Counted from the stretch's first letter, positions 13,475 to 26,677 are shown. The stretch is DNA of 64,000 nt from Octopus bimaculoides (GCF_001194135.2 NC_068987.1:48807287-48871286); one strand, 5' to 3'. Notes: generated by a model from the sequence alone, not told the origin. Numbers and translations: made by a program.

Positions 13475-15726
13475 TAGCTGATGTACCCGGTAATTCCTTG
13501 AAAAGCAGGGTTTATCCCTTGGTTCCATTCTCATAATTGTTTTGCTAATCCAGTAACAACAATACAATGTATGTAGCCCTTAAAACAGTTTTTGTGCATT
13601 AACAGAGAATACTGAACTGTCTTACACAGGATGTTATTTTTAGGAAATCCCAATAAGTTATGAATACCCAAATTGTGAAGTCAGTTACATAACATAAAAT
13701 TAATTACCCAATAGTAAGAATTCAAATAAAGTAGCCCTGAAAAAGCCTTTAATGCTTTCTCAGAGTATATAGAACATAGGAGGAAATACCAATGAGGTAT
13801 ATATACCAAAATCATGAAGCATGTTACATAATAACAGGCTAATCAGACATGAGAGGATAACTATTCAAAGTAAATAACTCTAAAAAGGGCTTTTGTGCAT
13901 TCCCAGAGAATATTACCCTCAGGGGCGCTAATGTTAAAATAGATTTACAATGAATGTAGAAACAGACTGACATTTAGTTTTACAGTAGATATACTAATAA
14001 ATTTACATATAGATTTAAAAATAAAATAACATGTAGATTATCAATACATTTACAACACTTACAAAAACATCAACACAACTATCAATATGAATAAAGAAAA
14101 TGTTCCTACATGTAAGCAGTGTGTGAACTGTATGAATACAGTGCAGATAGTGATTTCTGTCTGTTTGTGTGGTTGGTTGTTACATAAAGTACATCGTTAC
14201 AAAACATTAACACATCAATATAAATTAAGAAGGTGTTCCTACATGTAAACAGGGTGTGACATTTGTGATGACAGTGCATTTGTCTAAAAGCAGCACCTGT
14301 CAATTGGCTGAAGTGACATGAAAGGCATCGTCATTCATGGTATATTTGTGAATAAGTCACTAACCAAAATAAGTGGATCTATTGTTGAACACTTCATTAT
14401 TCATGAATAAACCAAAATAAGTGGATCTATTGTTGAACGCTTTTGCTGCAGTTTTCGTGTGCGCACAGGTGGAGAACTCAGATTTGATCTTTTTAAGAAA
14501 GTGTTTCTACATGTTAACAGCATGTGACCTTTATGATGGCAGATGACCAGTGGGCAGAAAAGAAAAATAAGGGATTTTAAATGGGTTATTTCACCTTGGC
14601 TGTTAAAGAAAAGTAAAGGGTACATGTTAAGAAAAATATCAACACAGCTATCAATATGAATTAAGAAAATGTTCCTGCATGTAAACAGCGTGCGAACTGT
14701 ATGAGGACTGCAGATTCCAATGCTATTGATAGAAAAATGGCAATTTCTGTCTGCTTGTGTGGCTGGTTGTTACATAGAGTACATCGTTACAAAACATTAA
14801 CACATCTATCAATATAAATTAAGAAGGTATTCCTACATGTAAACAGGGTGTAACCTTTGTGGTGACTGCATTTGTCTAAAAGCAGAACAGTTCTTCATGC
14901 TGTGCTTGTCAATTGGCTGAAGTGACATGAAAGGCATTGTCATTCATGGTATATTTGTGAATAAGTCACTAACCAAAATAAGTGGATCTACTGTTTAGGA
15001 AAATACTATTTATTTGTTTAAGGGTTGTACTGGGTAAATTGCGAAAATAACTGTAACAGTCCAAATACTAAGAAATAAACATACTCGACTTGATTTATAC
15101 CAAATAAAATCACTGACTTCGTCTGACAATTTCTTGTTAGGAAGTCCATGTAATGTAGAATGCTTGTTTAAAAAATTGAGAAGTATTTATTATACTAATA
15201 GTTATCACCAAGCTAACATGGCAGTCCAGAAAAATAGGACGAATGCTGCCGTTGATTTAGCTCCAAGAGGCCATTGCCTCTAGCTAGCTATGTGACGTTC
15301 ATGTGTCACATAGCTAGCTAGAGGCGATGGCCTCTTGGAGCTAATCAACAGCAGCATTCGTCCTATTTTTCTGGATTGCCATGTTAGCTTGGCGATAACT
15401 ATTAATATCCAGTACCGCTGCCGTAGTCTCCTTTAGAGAGACTTAGAAATATTAATATTTCTATTTATTATGTTTTTTCATTTATTATATATATAGGAAA
15501 ATGAATGGGTTATTTCCCTTGGCAGGTAATGGTTATATACATGGATCCCTTCTAGGGGCCATAACCATCCAATTATAGATTTTTATTAAACTTCAACGAG
15601 ACTAGTAACAAACTGGATGCTACTTTAGCTTGTTTGTAAAGTTTCACGAAAATTTGTTAACAGGTGTAGACAGCAACTTGACACAAACAAACAGACAACT
15701 TGCTTTTATATAAGATAAGATAAGAT
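13472..15726 (+). mobile_element. Helitron/Helentron-like non-autonomous element with internal duplication
   Basis: 5' TACTAGCTGATGTACCCGG after (AT)n; 3' aagtttcacgaaaat...acaaacaaacagaca...ttttatataagataagat; internal direct repeats 14064-14390 and 14632-14995. Class assignment is by terminal resemblance only. Confidence 0.55.
15196..15404. mobile_element. 209-bp near-perfect hairpin, related to 9585-9868
   Basis: About 100-bp arms and a short loop; shares aacatggcagtcc...aggacgaatg.tgc...ttagc with the 9.6 kb element. Confidence 0.88.
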
Positions 15727-15782
15727 GATAGGCTTCTTTTGGTCATGTCTACTGTTCAATTGTTATGGACTAGTAAATTAAT

Positions 15783-16205
15783 TCATTATCATCGTTTTAA
15801 CATCCCCTTTTCCATGCTTGCATGGATCATACAAAATTCATTGAGATGGATTTTGTATGGCCTTCCTATCATTAACCCTCGCCTGTTTCCAAGCAGTCAT
15901 ATTTTCACATGATCACACATCTTGTCTTCATGAATGATACAGCTTGCATGATGGTGACACTCATTTACAGCTGTCACATGATGTCAAGACAAGGAGACAT
16001 TAATACACGTGCTCACATAAGCATATATAAGCACACACACATATATACATACATGACTGGTTTCTTCTAACACCCATCTACCAAACTTACAAGGCCCTAG
16101 TCAACCTGGGTCACAGTAGAAAACATCTACTCTAGGTGCCATGCAATGAAACTGAGCTCAAAACCACATGGTTGAAAACAAACTTTTGACTAAACAGCCA
16201 TCCCT
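15783..16205 (-). mobile_element. Degenerate full-length SINE (tRNA-like head plus RTE-like tail)
   Basis: Reverse complement resembles 47640-48012; partial relatives at 12810-13040 and 16380-16590. Confidence 0.6.
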
Positions 16206-17315
16206 GTGTCTCACACCAACCCCCATATATGCATGTGTCTCTCAGTATATGCATGCATAAAGAAAAAAGGTTTTGAAATTTGTAAAATTCAAAAGGACCA
16301 GGTAACTCACAGTATATATGTATATAACATTATCAAGTGCATATGACTTTTGTGTATTTCTCAAGGTAATAATTACTGATCATATAGTAGATATGCTTAT
16401 GTTACATTATTTAGTGTATATAGCCTACATAGCTGATGGAATTTTCTTAGGTAAATTTTTCTACAACTCAATGCCCTTCCTGTTGCCAATATGTTCTTCA
16501 TGGAAGACTGGAAACAAACAGCCTTATTTCTAAGATGGTGATGCTAATTTACAATCATTTGATGTCCAGACAACAATACCCACAAATACACGCATGTACG
16601 TATATATATATATATATATATAAAATATATATATATATATATCATTTAAAGTTCATAGTATAAAGATAAGTGCTACTAATAGTTTCTTGCTGTGAAGACA
16701 CATGACTAAGGATTTTATAGCATTATAAAAACTTTTGTTATTGAGCTTACTTTAACAGTAAACTATATAAGACGACAGGCTTCTTTTCAGTTTCTGCTCC
16801 TTTCAGGGCTTTGGTCAGCCCAGAGCTAGGGTGTGGAATGTGCTATGCAGTTGGACTGAACCCAAGACTGCACAGCCAAATCTATGCCAATGTAAGATAT
16901 ATGTATATATATTACTTTATTTAGTGTATGCAGCCAGTGTGTATTATTTCATACAGTATTTACAGAGCATACTATATAAATATATCATCATCATCATCAT
17001 TTAATGTCCTTTTTCCATGCTGGCATGGGTTGGATGGTTTGACAGGAGTTGGGTAGCTGCCTAAGTTCCAATTGTCTATTCTGGCGTGGTTTTTATGGCT
17101 GGATTGCCCTTCCTAACGTCAACCACTTCACAGAGTGTACTGGGTATTTTTACGAGACACCAGTATCAGCATGGGCACTTTTATGCGGCATCGGCATAAG
17201 TGCTTTTTTGTGGCATCAGCACGAATGCTTTTTACATGATACCAACACCCATGAGCCCTCAAGGGAAGGACTTCTCAACATACATACCTGTATGTATGGA
17301 TGGTCACAGTTTTGT

Positions 17316-18420
17316 GACACATGAAATCTTTCGAGCGGGGTCGATGCCAGTGCCCCTGGACTGGCTCATGTGCGGGCGACACATGAAATCTTTTGAGCGA
17401 GATCATTGCCAGTGCCCCTGGACTGGCTCATGTGCAGGCGACACATGAAATCTTTCGAGCGAGATTGTTGCCAGTGCCCCTGGACTGGCTCATATGCGGG
17501 CGACACATGAAATCTTTCGAGTGGGATCGTTGCCAGTGCCCCTGGATTGGCTCATGTGAGGGCGACACATGAAATCTTTCCGAGCGGGATCGNNNNNNNN
17601 NNNNNNNNNNNNNNNNNNNNNNNNNNNNNNNNNNNNNNNNNNNNNNNNNNNNNNNNNNNNNNNNNNNNNNNNNNNNNNNNNNNNNNNNNNNNNNNNNNNN
17701 NNNNNNNNNNNNNNNNNNNNNNNNNNNNNNNNNNNNNNNNNNNNNNNNNNNNNNNNNNNNNNNNNNNNNNNNNNNNNNNNNNNNNNNNNNNNNNNNNNNN
17801 NNNNNNNNNNNNNNNNNNNNNNNNNNNNNNNNNNNNNNNNNNNNNNNNNNNNNNNNNNNNNNNNNNNNNNNNNNNNNNNNNNNNNNNNNNNNNNNNNNNN
17901 NNNNNNNNNNNNNNNNNNNNNNNNNNNNNNNNNNNNNNNNNNNNNNNNNNNNNNNNNNNNNNNNNNNNNNNNNNNNNNNNNNNNNNNNNNNNNNNNNNNN
18001 NNNNNNNNNNNNNNNNNNNNNNNNNNNNNNNNNNNNNNNNNNNNNNNNNNNNNNNNNNNNNNNNNNNNNNNNNNNNNNNNNNNNNNNNNNNNNNNNNNNN
18101 NNNNTGCGGGCGACACATGAAATCTTTTGAGCGAGATCATTGCCAGTGCCCCTGGACTGGCTTTTGTGCGGGTGGCACATAAAAGACACCATTTCGAGCA
18201 TGGCCGTTGCCAGTACCGCCTGACTGGCCTTCGTGCGGGTGACACGTAAAAGCACCCACTACACTCTCTGAGTGGTTGGCGTTAGGAAGGGCATCCAGCT
18301 GTAGAAACTCTGCCAAATTAGATTGGAGCCTGGGATTGCCATCTGGTTTCACCAGTCCTCAGTCAAATCGTCCAACCCATGCTAGCATGGAAAGCGGACG
18401 TTAAACGATGATGATGATGT
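17316..18420 (+). mobile_element. RTE 3' UTR fragment with expanded 62-bp minisatellite
   Basis: gacacatgaaatc recurs at 17316, 17378, 17440, 17502 and 17564 (period 62), continues across the N gap, then runs into the standard tail and (GAT)n. Confidence 0.88.
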
Positions 18421-19500
18421 GTTTTCTCAAGCACAGCAAACAACCAAGAGTCACGGTCCCTTGTCATCTCTATGAGGTTCAATATCTGAAAATCCTTTCT
18501 CACTACTTTGTCCCATGTCTTCCTGTGTCTACCCCTCCTACAGGTTCCCTCCACAATTAGAGATTGGCACTCCTTTATGCAGCTGTCCTCATTCATATGT
18601 ATTACATGACCATACCAGCACAGTCTTCTCTCTTGCACACTACAACTTGTACATCCGATTTTTCTCTTAAATCATTTACACTCTACTGCATATTCACACC
18701 AACATTACCCATCTAGCAGAGCATGCTGGCTTCATTTATTTCAAGCCTGTACATGTCATCTATAGTCATAGTCTATGCTTCACTGCCATGTTTCTCTGCC
18801 ACTGGTCCTCACACTGCAGAACATTGGCAAACTTTTTCCTTTTTGCTTCTCTCCTGGCTAAATAAAACTCTCTCCTAGCCTCCCTTCTAGCTATCTAATA
18901 TAGTTCCCTGCTACCTTCCGGTCCTTTCAGGCCTATTTCTTTGCTTAAATGGCCCTGTCAACTACACTGTTCCACCACCATGTCACATTAGGTCTTGAGG
19001 GAAATTTGTACCAGCCACAAATTTGTTCAGTGGCCCTCATTAAGTTGTCCCATAGAAACCTCCAGTTGTTCTGTATGTTATATGTTTCTATAGGTCTCTC
19101 TTTCTTGTCAAATGTTTCAAAACGTCACTAAATCTCTGACTATTCAGAGTAAGAATCTTAAGCTTCCAGCTCTTTTCCATACTGGTTGTCTTCTTGGCAA
19201 CCTTCTATCCCTAAGTCTGAAGTTACAAATGACTAACCTTGAGGGGTGCACTCTTCACATGGGAAGGTCTTTGCAACCATCTTCCCCATTTTCTTATGAG
19301 AATGTAGTCAATCTGGCTTGTGTGTCCACCAGATTGATAGGTTTCCTGAAGTTATTATTGCAGATCATGAGGTCATTTGCATCACAGAACATCAGCAACC
19401 TGGTTCCCTCCTCATTGCAGGAACCATGCACTCCAAGGAAGCCAACCGGATGTTGCCCGTCATATCCATTGAAGTCACCAGCCATGAAGAGAAGGTCACT
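18421..19500 (-). mobile_element. Decayed RTE LINE fragment with RT core deleted
   Basis: AGDFNG...EGTRLL (endonuclease C-terminus) joined at about 18800 to GSET-like and QERRLCWYGHV (ORF C-terminus) segments. Confidence 0.8.
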
Positions 19501-20399
19501 GACATAGTATATTTAGCTTGTGTATAAAATTTCGCAAGGTGGCAATTATATGCATACTGTATATATGTATATAATATTACATTATTAAGTGTATGTAGCC
19601 TTCTCAAGGGCATGTACTTTATATGAAGGCATATCAACTACTGGACCAATAAAGTTGTAACTGGAGTCTCCCTACTCCCAGTTGTATGAATATCTTATGA
19701 CCGCAGCCACTTGGCTGAAACACATAAATAAATAAATAAATATCAGTTGAGTTGCCATTAGTTTTGGCACTTAATTTATACTCCCTAGCAGAGTTTTGTT
19801 TGTTGCTTTGCTTTCTTTTTTCTTGATGACCAATGTTCGTCAGTCAAGCATATCATGACTAATACCAATAATTTTTAAAAATTATTTCACACTTTAGTTT
19901 ACTCAATCATTTATTTCATTAGTAAAACAAAATATCAGTGAAACTGAAAGAAGTATATCTGATCTGTATCTTCTTAACACAACAAACACAATAAATATAC
20001 TGTATTGGTTGTTGAATGCCATGGATATCACAGGCTAGAATACATCTTTAAAATAATACCATCTGTGCAGATCATAATCCCCTTATTAGTTCTTTTCATT
20101 CTTCTATCTATTTCATTACCTATTTAAACATAGTTTCATCTTCCACACTGTTACGTTTTAAAAACAAACCTAAGTTCCTTTCATGTGCATTTACTATCGT
20201 CACTTATTCATTTATTTAATTTTGTCACATCATCACTTATTCATTTCTCTAATTTTGCTATTTCGCGGTACGAAAGCCCTCGCACCCCCACCACATATAC
20301 CAAAAGTCCTTATCCTCTGACATCTTTTGGTTGTCTCCCATGAACACTTCTAAAGGCTTAATGCCATTCCTACTCCTACTAAGGGTTTATCTCCTATGT

Positions 20400-22128
20400 A
20401 AGGTAGTGATCATGTAGTGCATAAAAATGATGGTTTAATGTGTGCAGGTTGTAGGCTATTGTTTGTTTATTAGTTCTGCCAAATGCGAGCTTTCTTTTCA
20501 GGTACATGATGTTGCTGTCCTCCATCCTAGGGTCTCACGGGCCCACACCTCCCACACCTTCAGGGTTGGCACACTCAACATGGGCATACTGAAAGGTAGG
20601 TCTGGTGAGATTGATGAGATGCTTGAACAGAGACATGTAGATTTGTGCTGCATCCAAGAAGTAAGGTGGAGAGGAGGTTCCACTAGGATCCTCACAAGCG
20701 AAGAACATAGGTACAAGATTTTCTGGGCAGAGAACACTGACGGGGTTGGGGGCGTGGGTTTACTTCTTGCGGAGAAATGGGTTGATAAGGTAATCAAGGT
20801 AGTCAGAGTCTGCGATAGAATGCTTAAGATTAGATTAGTGTCCATCAGCTGGGGCTACCTGATGGACAGAAAGACTGATTTTATGACACCCTCTTGCAGA
20901 CTACCTCATTGACGAATGACAGGGACCTTCTCTTTGTGGCTGGTGACTTCAATGGGCATGTTGGACAACAGGCAGGGGGCTTCCATGGTGTACATGGAAG
21001 CTATGGTTTTGGTTCCCGCAATGAGGAAGGAACCAGGCTGCTAGAGTTCTGCAATGCAAATGATCTTATGGTTTGCAATACCAACTTCAGGAAACCTGCC
21101 AGTCACCTAGTCACCTACCGATCTGGTAGACTCACTAGTCAAATTGACTACAACCTCACCAGGAAAAGGGTAAGATGACAACTTATAAATGCCAAAACCT
21201 TCCCCGGCGAAGAATTTACCCGTCAACATAGACTAGTAGTTAGCGACTTCAGAGTCAGGACTAAATGGATGCCCAGAAGACAACCACCATGGAGGAGAAG
21301 GGTCTGGAAGCTTAACGATCCTGCAAACGGACAGAGATTTAGAGATGTATTACTCAACGCTTTTGACGAAATAGAGGGGGATTTAGCATCACATGATGTG
21401 GAAGACAAGTGGAGCTTTCTATGGGACAACCTGCTGAGGGCCACTGACCAGATCTGTGGATGGGGCAAAGTCCCCTCTTGACCAAAGGTAACATGGTGGT
21501 GGAACAATGTTGTCAACAGGGCTATTAGACAAAAGAAACAGGCTTGGAAGGACTGGAAGAACGGTGGTAGTAGGGAATTGTATCAGACTGCCAGAAGGGA
21601 AGCTAGGAGACAGGTTTATTTAACCAGGGGGAAGCAGATAAGAAAAAATTTGCCAATTTTCTGTGCCGTGATGACCAAAGACTTGAGGTATTTTGTGTTA
21701 CAAGACAGTGTGTGTGAGAGAAACGTGATGTCGTAGGAGAGAAATGTGTCTGCATGGGTGATGGTTCACTTGCATTAAATGAGGCTGTAAAGAGAGAGGT
21801 TTGGAGATGCCACTATGAAAGTTTGCTAATTAAAAAGAAAATGAATGGGAGAAAGAGAATCTGCTGAATGTCGGCCCAACAGAGGGACCAGCTATCCGAA
21901 TTCACAGTACCTTGGTAAATAAAGTGATTAAGAGTATGAAGACAGGGAAAGCCTCCGGTCCATCAGGAATCACTGCAGAGATGCTCAAAATATCTGGCGG
22001 TGTTGGCTATAACCTAGTCACCCATATAGTCAACCAGGTGATACATGGAGTCATACCCAATGACTGGTGTAGCAGCACCATAGTCAACTGCTACAAATGT
22101 AATGATGATGCATTAGATACAAATAATT
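20400..22128 (+). mobile_element. RTE-clade LINE, 5' part (AP endonuclease to pre-RT), frameshifted
   Basis: LCCIQEVRWRG, AGDFNGHVG, SQIDY, KASGPSGI, DWCSSTIV motifs across ORFs 20442, 20894, 21269 and 21912. Confidence 0.9.
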
Positions 22129-25100
22129 ATCATCATCATCATTGTCGTTGTTTAACATCCGCTTTCCATGCTGGCATGGGTTGGATGGTTTGACTGAGGA
22201 CTGGCAAGCCAGAAGGCTGCACCAGGCTCCAATCTGATCTGATCTGGCAAAGTTTCGACAGATAGATGCCCTTCCTAATGCCAACCACTCCAAGAGTGTA
22301 GTGGGAGCTTTTACGTGCCACTGGAACGAGGGCCAGTCAGGCGGTTCTACCAACGACCACGCTCAAAAGGTGTTTTTTACGTGCTGTCTGCATGGGAGCC
22401 AGTCCAGTGGCACTGGCAACGACCACACTCAAATGTTTTTTATGTGCCAGTAAGGCAATGCTGGCAATGACACACTCGAATGGTGCTTTTTACGTGCCAC
22501 TGGCACAGGATCCAATCAGCGGCCCTGGCAACGATCACGCTTGCATGGTGCTTTTAACGTTCTACTGGCACGAGTGCCAATCAGGTGGTGCTGTCATCGG
22601 CCACATCAGCAATTTTGATTTTGATTTCACTTGCCTCAACAGGTCATCACAAGCAAAGATTATTGTCCAATGAATGAGGGGTACTCATAAGTGGGCTGCT
22701 TACGCCCACTGGCATAGGCCATGGGTTCTGGTCTCACTTGGCTTGCCGGGTCTTCTCAAGCACAGCATATTTCCAAAGGTCTCGGTCACTAGCCATTGCC
22801 TCGGTGATGCCTAATGTTCCAAGGTCGTGTTTCATCACCTCATCCCAGGTCTTCCTGGGTCTATCTATTCCACAGTTTCCCTCAACTGCTAGGGTGTGAC
22901 ACTTTTTCACACAGCTATCCTCATCCATTCGTACCACATGACCATACCAATGCAGTCGTCTCTCTTGCACACCACATCTGATGCTTCTTAGGTTCAACTT
23001 TTCTCTCAAGGTACTTACACTCTGTCTAGTATGCACACTGACATTATACATCCAGCAGAGTATACTGGCTTCATTCCTTGCAAGCTTACGCATGTCCTCA
23101 GCAGTCACGACCATATTTCACTGCCATGTAGCATGGCTGTTCGTACACATGCATCATACAGTCTACCTTTTACTCTGAGATGTAGTTTGGGTTCGTGCCA
23201 GGGAAAAGCNNNNNNNNNNNNNNNNNNNNNNNNNNNNNNNNNNNNNNNNNNNNNNNNNNNNNNNNNNNNNNNNNNNNNNNNNNNNNNNNNNNNNNNNNNN
23301 NNNNNNNNNNNNNNNNNNNNNNNNNNNNNNNNNNNNNNNNNNNNNNNNNNNNNNNNNNNNNNNNNNNNNNNNNNNNNNNNNNNNNNNNNNNNNNNNNNNN
23401 NNNNNNNNNNNNNNNNNNNNNNNNNNNNNNNNNNNNNNNNNNNNNNNNNNNNNNNNNNNNNNNNNNNNNNNNNNNNNNNNNNNNNNNNNNNNNNNNNNNN
23501 NNNNNNNNNNNNNNNNNNNNNNNNNNNNNNNNNNNNNNNNNNNNNNNNNNNNNNNNNNNNNNNNNNNNNNNNNNNNNNNNNNNNNNNNNNNNNNNNNNNN
23601 NNNNNNNNNNNNNNNNNNNNNNNNNNNNNNNNNNNNNNNNNNNNNTTTCTACAGATCGAGCAGGGCCATCTACCTGAAGGGGTTTGTGGTTTGTCTACCT
23701 TCATACTTATTAGGACTTTGGTTTTAGCTAGGTTGACTCTAAGGCTCTTCGATTCTAATCCTTGCTTCCACACCTGAAACTTCTCTAGTTCTGATAATGA
23801 CTCAACAATTAGAGCAAGGTCATCAGCATAGAGAAGCTCCCAGAACATCCTGTCTTGAATTCCTCTGTTATTGCCTGGAGGACTATGATAAATAGGAGGG
23901 GGCTGAGGACAGAACCTTGGTGGACCCCTACCTCTACCCGGAATTCTTCACTGTACTCGTTGCCGACCTTCACCTTACTGACAGCGTCCCAGTACATGGC
24001 TTGCACACTCCTCACTAACCATTCTTCTATCCCTAGTTTCCTCATTGACCACCAGATGAGGGATTGGGGGACCTTGTCAAAGGCGTTCTCCATGTCAACG
24101 AAAACCAGGTACAGAGGTTTATCTTTGGCTAGGTATTTCTCCTGCAGCTGTCTTACCAGAAATATAGCATCAGTGGTGCTTTTCCCTGGCACGAACCCAA
24201 ACTACATCTCATCTAAACTGACTCTCTCCCTAATTAGTTGGGCTATAACCCTCTCCGTGACCTTCATTACCTGATCCAACAACTTGATACCTCTGTAATT
24301 ATTTGTATCTAAAGTGTCACCTTTACCTTTGTAGCAGTTGACTATGGTGCTGCTACACCAGTCATTGGGTATGACTCCTTCATGTATCACCTGGTTAACT
24401 ATACAGGTGACTAGGCTATAGCCGACACTGCCAGATATTTTGAGCATCTCTGCGGTGATTCCTGATGGGCCAGGGGCCTTCCCTGTCTTCATACTCTTAA
24501 TTGCTTTATGTACTAAGGTACTGTCAATTCGGATAGCTGGTCCCTTTGTTGGGTCGACATTCGGCAGACTCTCTTTCTCCCATTCATTCTCTTTATTGAG
24601 CAACCTTTCATAGTGGCGTCTCCAAACCTCTCTCTTTGCAGCTTCGTTTCGTGCAACTGAACCATCATCTGTGTAGACACATTTCTCTCCCACAACATCA
24701 TGATTCTCTCTCACACACTGTCTTGTAACATGAAATACTTCAAATCTTTGGTCCTCATGGCGCAGAACATTGGCAAATATTTTCTTATCTGCTTCCCCTC
24801 TGGCTAAATAAATCTGTCTCCTAGCTTCCCTTCTGGCAGTCTGATACAATACCCTGCTACCACCGTTCTTCCAAACCTGTTTCTTTTCCCTAATGGCCCT
24901 GTCAACAACATTGTTCCACCACCATGTTACCTTGGATCGAGAACGGACTTTGCACCATCCACAGATCTGGTCAGTGGCTCTCAGCAGTTTGTCTCGTAGA
25001 AACTTCCACTTGTCTTCCACATCATGTGATGCTAAATCCCCTTCTATTTCGTCAAAAGCTTCAAGTAATATGTCTCTAAATCTCTGTCCATTTGCAGGAT

Positions 25101-25530
25101 TGTTAAGCTTCCAGACCCTTCTCCTCCATGGTGGTTGTCTTCTGGGCATCCATTTAGCCCTGATCCCGAAGTTGCTAACTACTAGTCTATGTTGAGGATA
25201 CATTCTTCGCCTGGGAAGGTTTTGGCATTTATAAGCAGCCCTCTTTCCCTTTTTCTGGCAAGGATGTAGTCAATTTGACTAGTGAGTCTACCAGATCGGT
25301 AGGTGACTAAGTGACTGGCAGGTTTCCTGAAGTTGGTATTGCAAACCATAAGATCATTATCACAGAACTTCAGCAGTCTAGTTCCCTCCTCATTGTGGGA
25401 ACCAAAACCATAGCCTCCATGTACACCATGGAAGCCCCCTGCATGTTGTCTGACATGTCCATTGAAGTCACCAGCCACAAAGAGAAGGTCCCTGTCATTC
25501 GTCAATGAGGTAGTCTGCAAGAGGGTGTCA
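22129..25530 (-). mobile_element. RTE-clade LINE, 5'-truncated, endonuclease C-terminus through RT, 3' UTR and (GAT)n tail
   Basis: NYRGIKLL, PGKSTTDA, QLQEKY, HQGSVLSPLLF, LYADDL, ERRLHWYGHV; stops and frameshifts; gap at 23210-23644. Confidence 0.93.
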
Positions 25531-25586
25531 TGAACAGTATATATATATATATATATATATACATATATATAGGTTTGTGTGTGCGC

Positions 25587-25615
<29 letters not shown>

Positions 25616-25617
<2 letters not shown>

Positions 25618-26677
25618 CTAGCACAGATACCTGGCGTTGCCCTTGTCACATGATTCGAATTTCATCAAAATTGGAGATGAAGAATTTTAATGAGGGTTCT
25701 TTCCCTCTTTACACATCTTTACAAAAATTCTAATGACACATTTATCCCATACTACTCATTTTTATGCCCAGATTCCAAAATCCAAATCTTATGGAACCTA
25801 TTGAAAGGTTTTTTGCTCCTGAAAAATGGAGCTCATGGGGCTCTAAAATGCAGGAATTAAGGCCTCTATTGTGTGTGTGTGTGTGTGTGTGTGGGGTCTT
25901 AAAGTCAACCAGAGAAGTTAAATTGTTGAGAATCTTTTTAACTTATATATATTGTTCAAATTTCTTTGAAATCAGAAATATATGTATATTCACTGGGTTT
26001 GTAAAAGAGAGAAAAGTTACAGGAAATCAAAAGCGGAATGATCACAATAAGCAGTCAGCTACGCTACCCTAGTCGTTACCACTCCCCAATGTAGGATTCT
26101 TCACCATACAGGTGACGGGCACAGCTGTAAGATGCATTACGGATCTATAGCAATTGGAAGGGCATGACCCAACTCAAATAAACATTATTTGGATGCAGAC
26201 CTCCTTTGAGTCTTTTTATTATCAATGGGTTAGACATAGTCCCTAGATGGTAACATTGATTTCAAGGCCTTCCAAGATAAGTGATTTATAGATTGCAAAT
26301 TTATTCTGTCCAGTTACCTATCGGCATAGTGATCATTGGCAAACTTCAGAGGTGACACTTTCATTTCCCCTTAGCCCTCACGTCACACTGTTGTTAATGT
26401 TTATTTGAGTTGGGTCACACCCTTCCAATTGCTATAGATCCATAATGCATCTTATTGTTGTGCCCGTCACCTGTATGGTGAGGAATCCTACATTGGGGAG
26501 TGGTAACAACTAGGGTAGGGTAGCTGACTGCTTATTGTGATCATTTCATTTTTGGTTTCCTGTAGCTTTGCTCTCTTTTACAAACCCAGTGAATATACAT
26601 ATATTTGCAATTTCAAAGAAATTTGAACAATAGATATAAGACCTCACATTTTCATCTTTACATATATATAGATAGAT
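25616..26677 (+). mobile_element. Helitron-like non-autonomous element containing a long inverted repeat
   Basis: 5' TACTAGCACAGATACCTGGCGTTGCCC, 3' tttacatatatatagatagat; IR arms 25942-26187 and 26395-26640. Confidence 0.55.

Noticed and set aside
17316-18180. Regularly spaced palindromic repeats resembling a CRISPR array
   Set aside because: Units are contiguous near-identical 62-mers with no unique spacers, no cas genes, and lie in a eukaryotic LINE 3' UTR.
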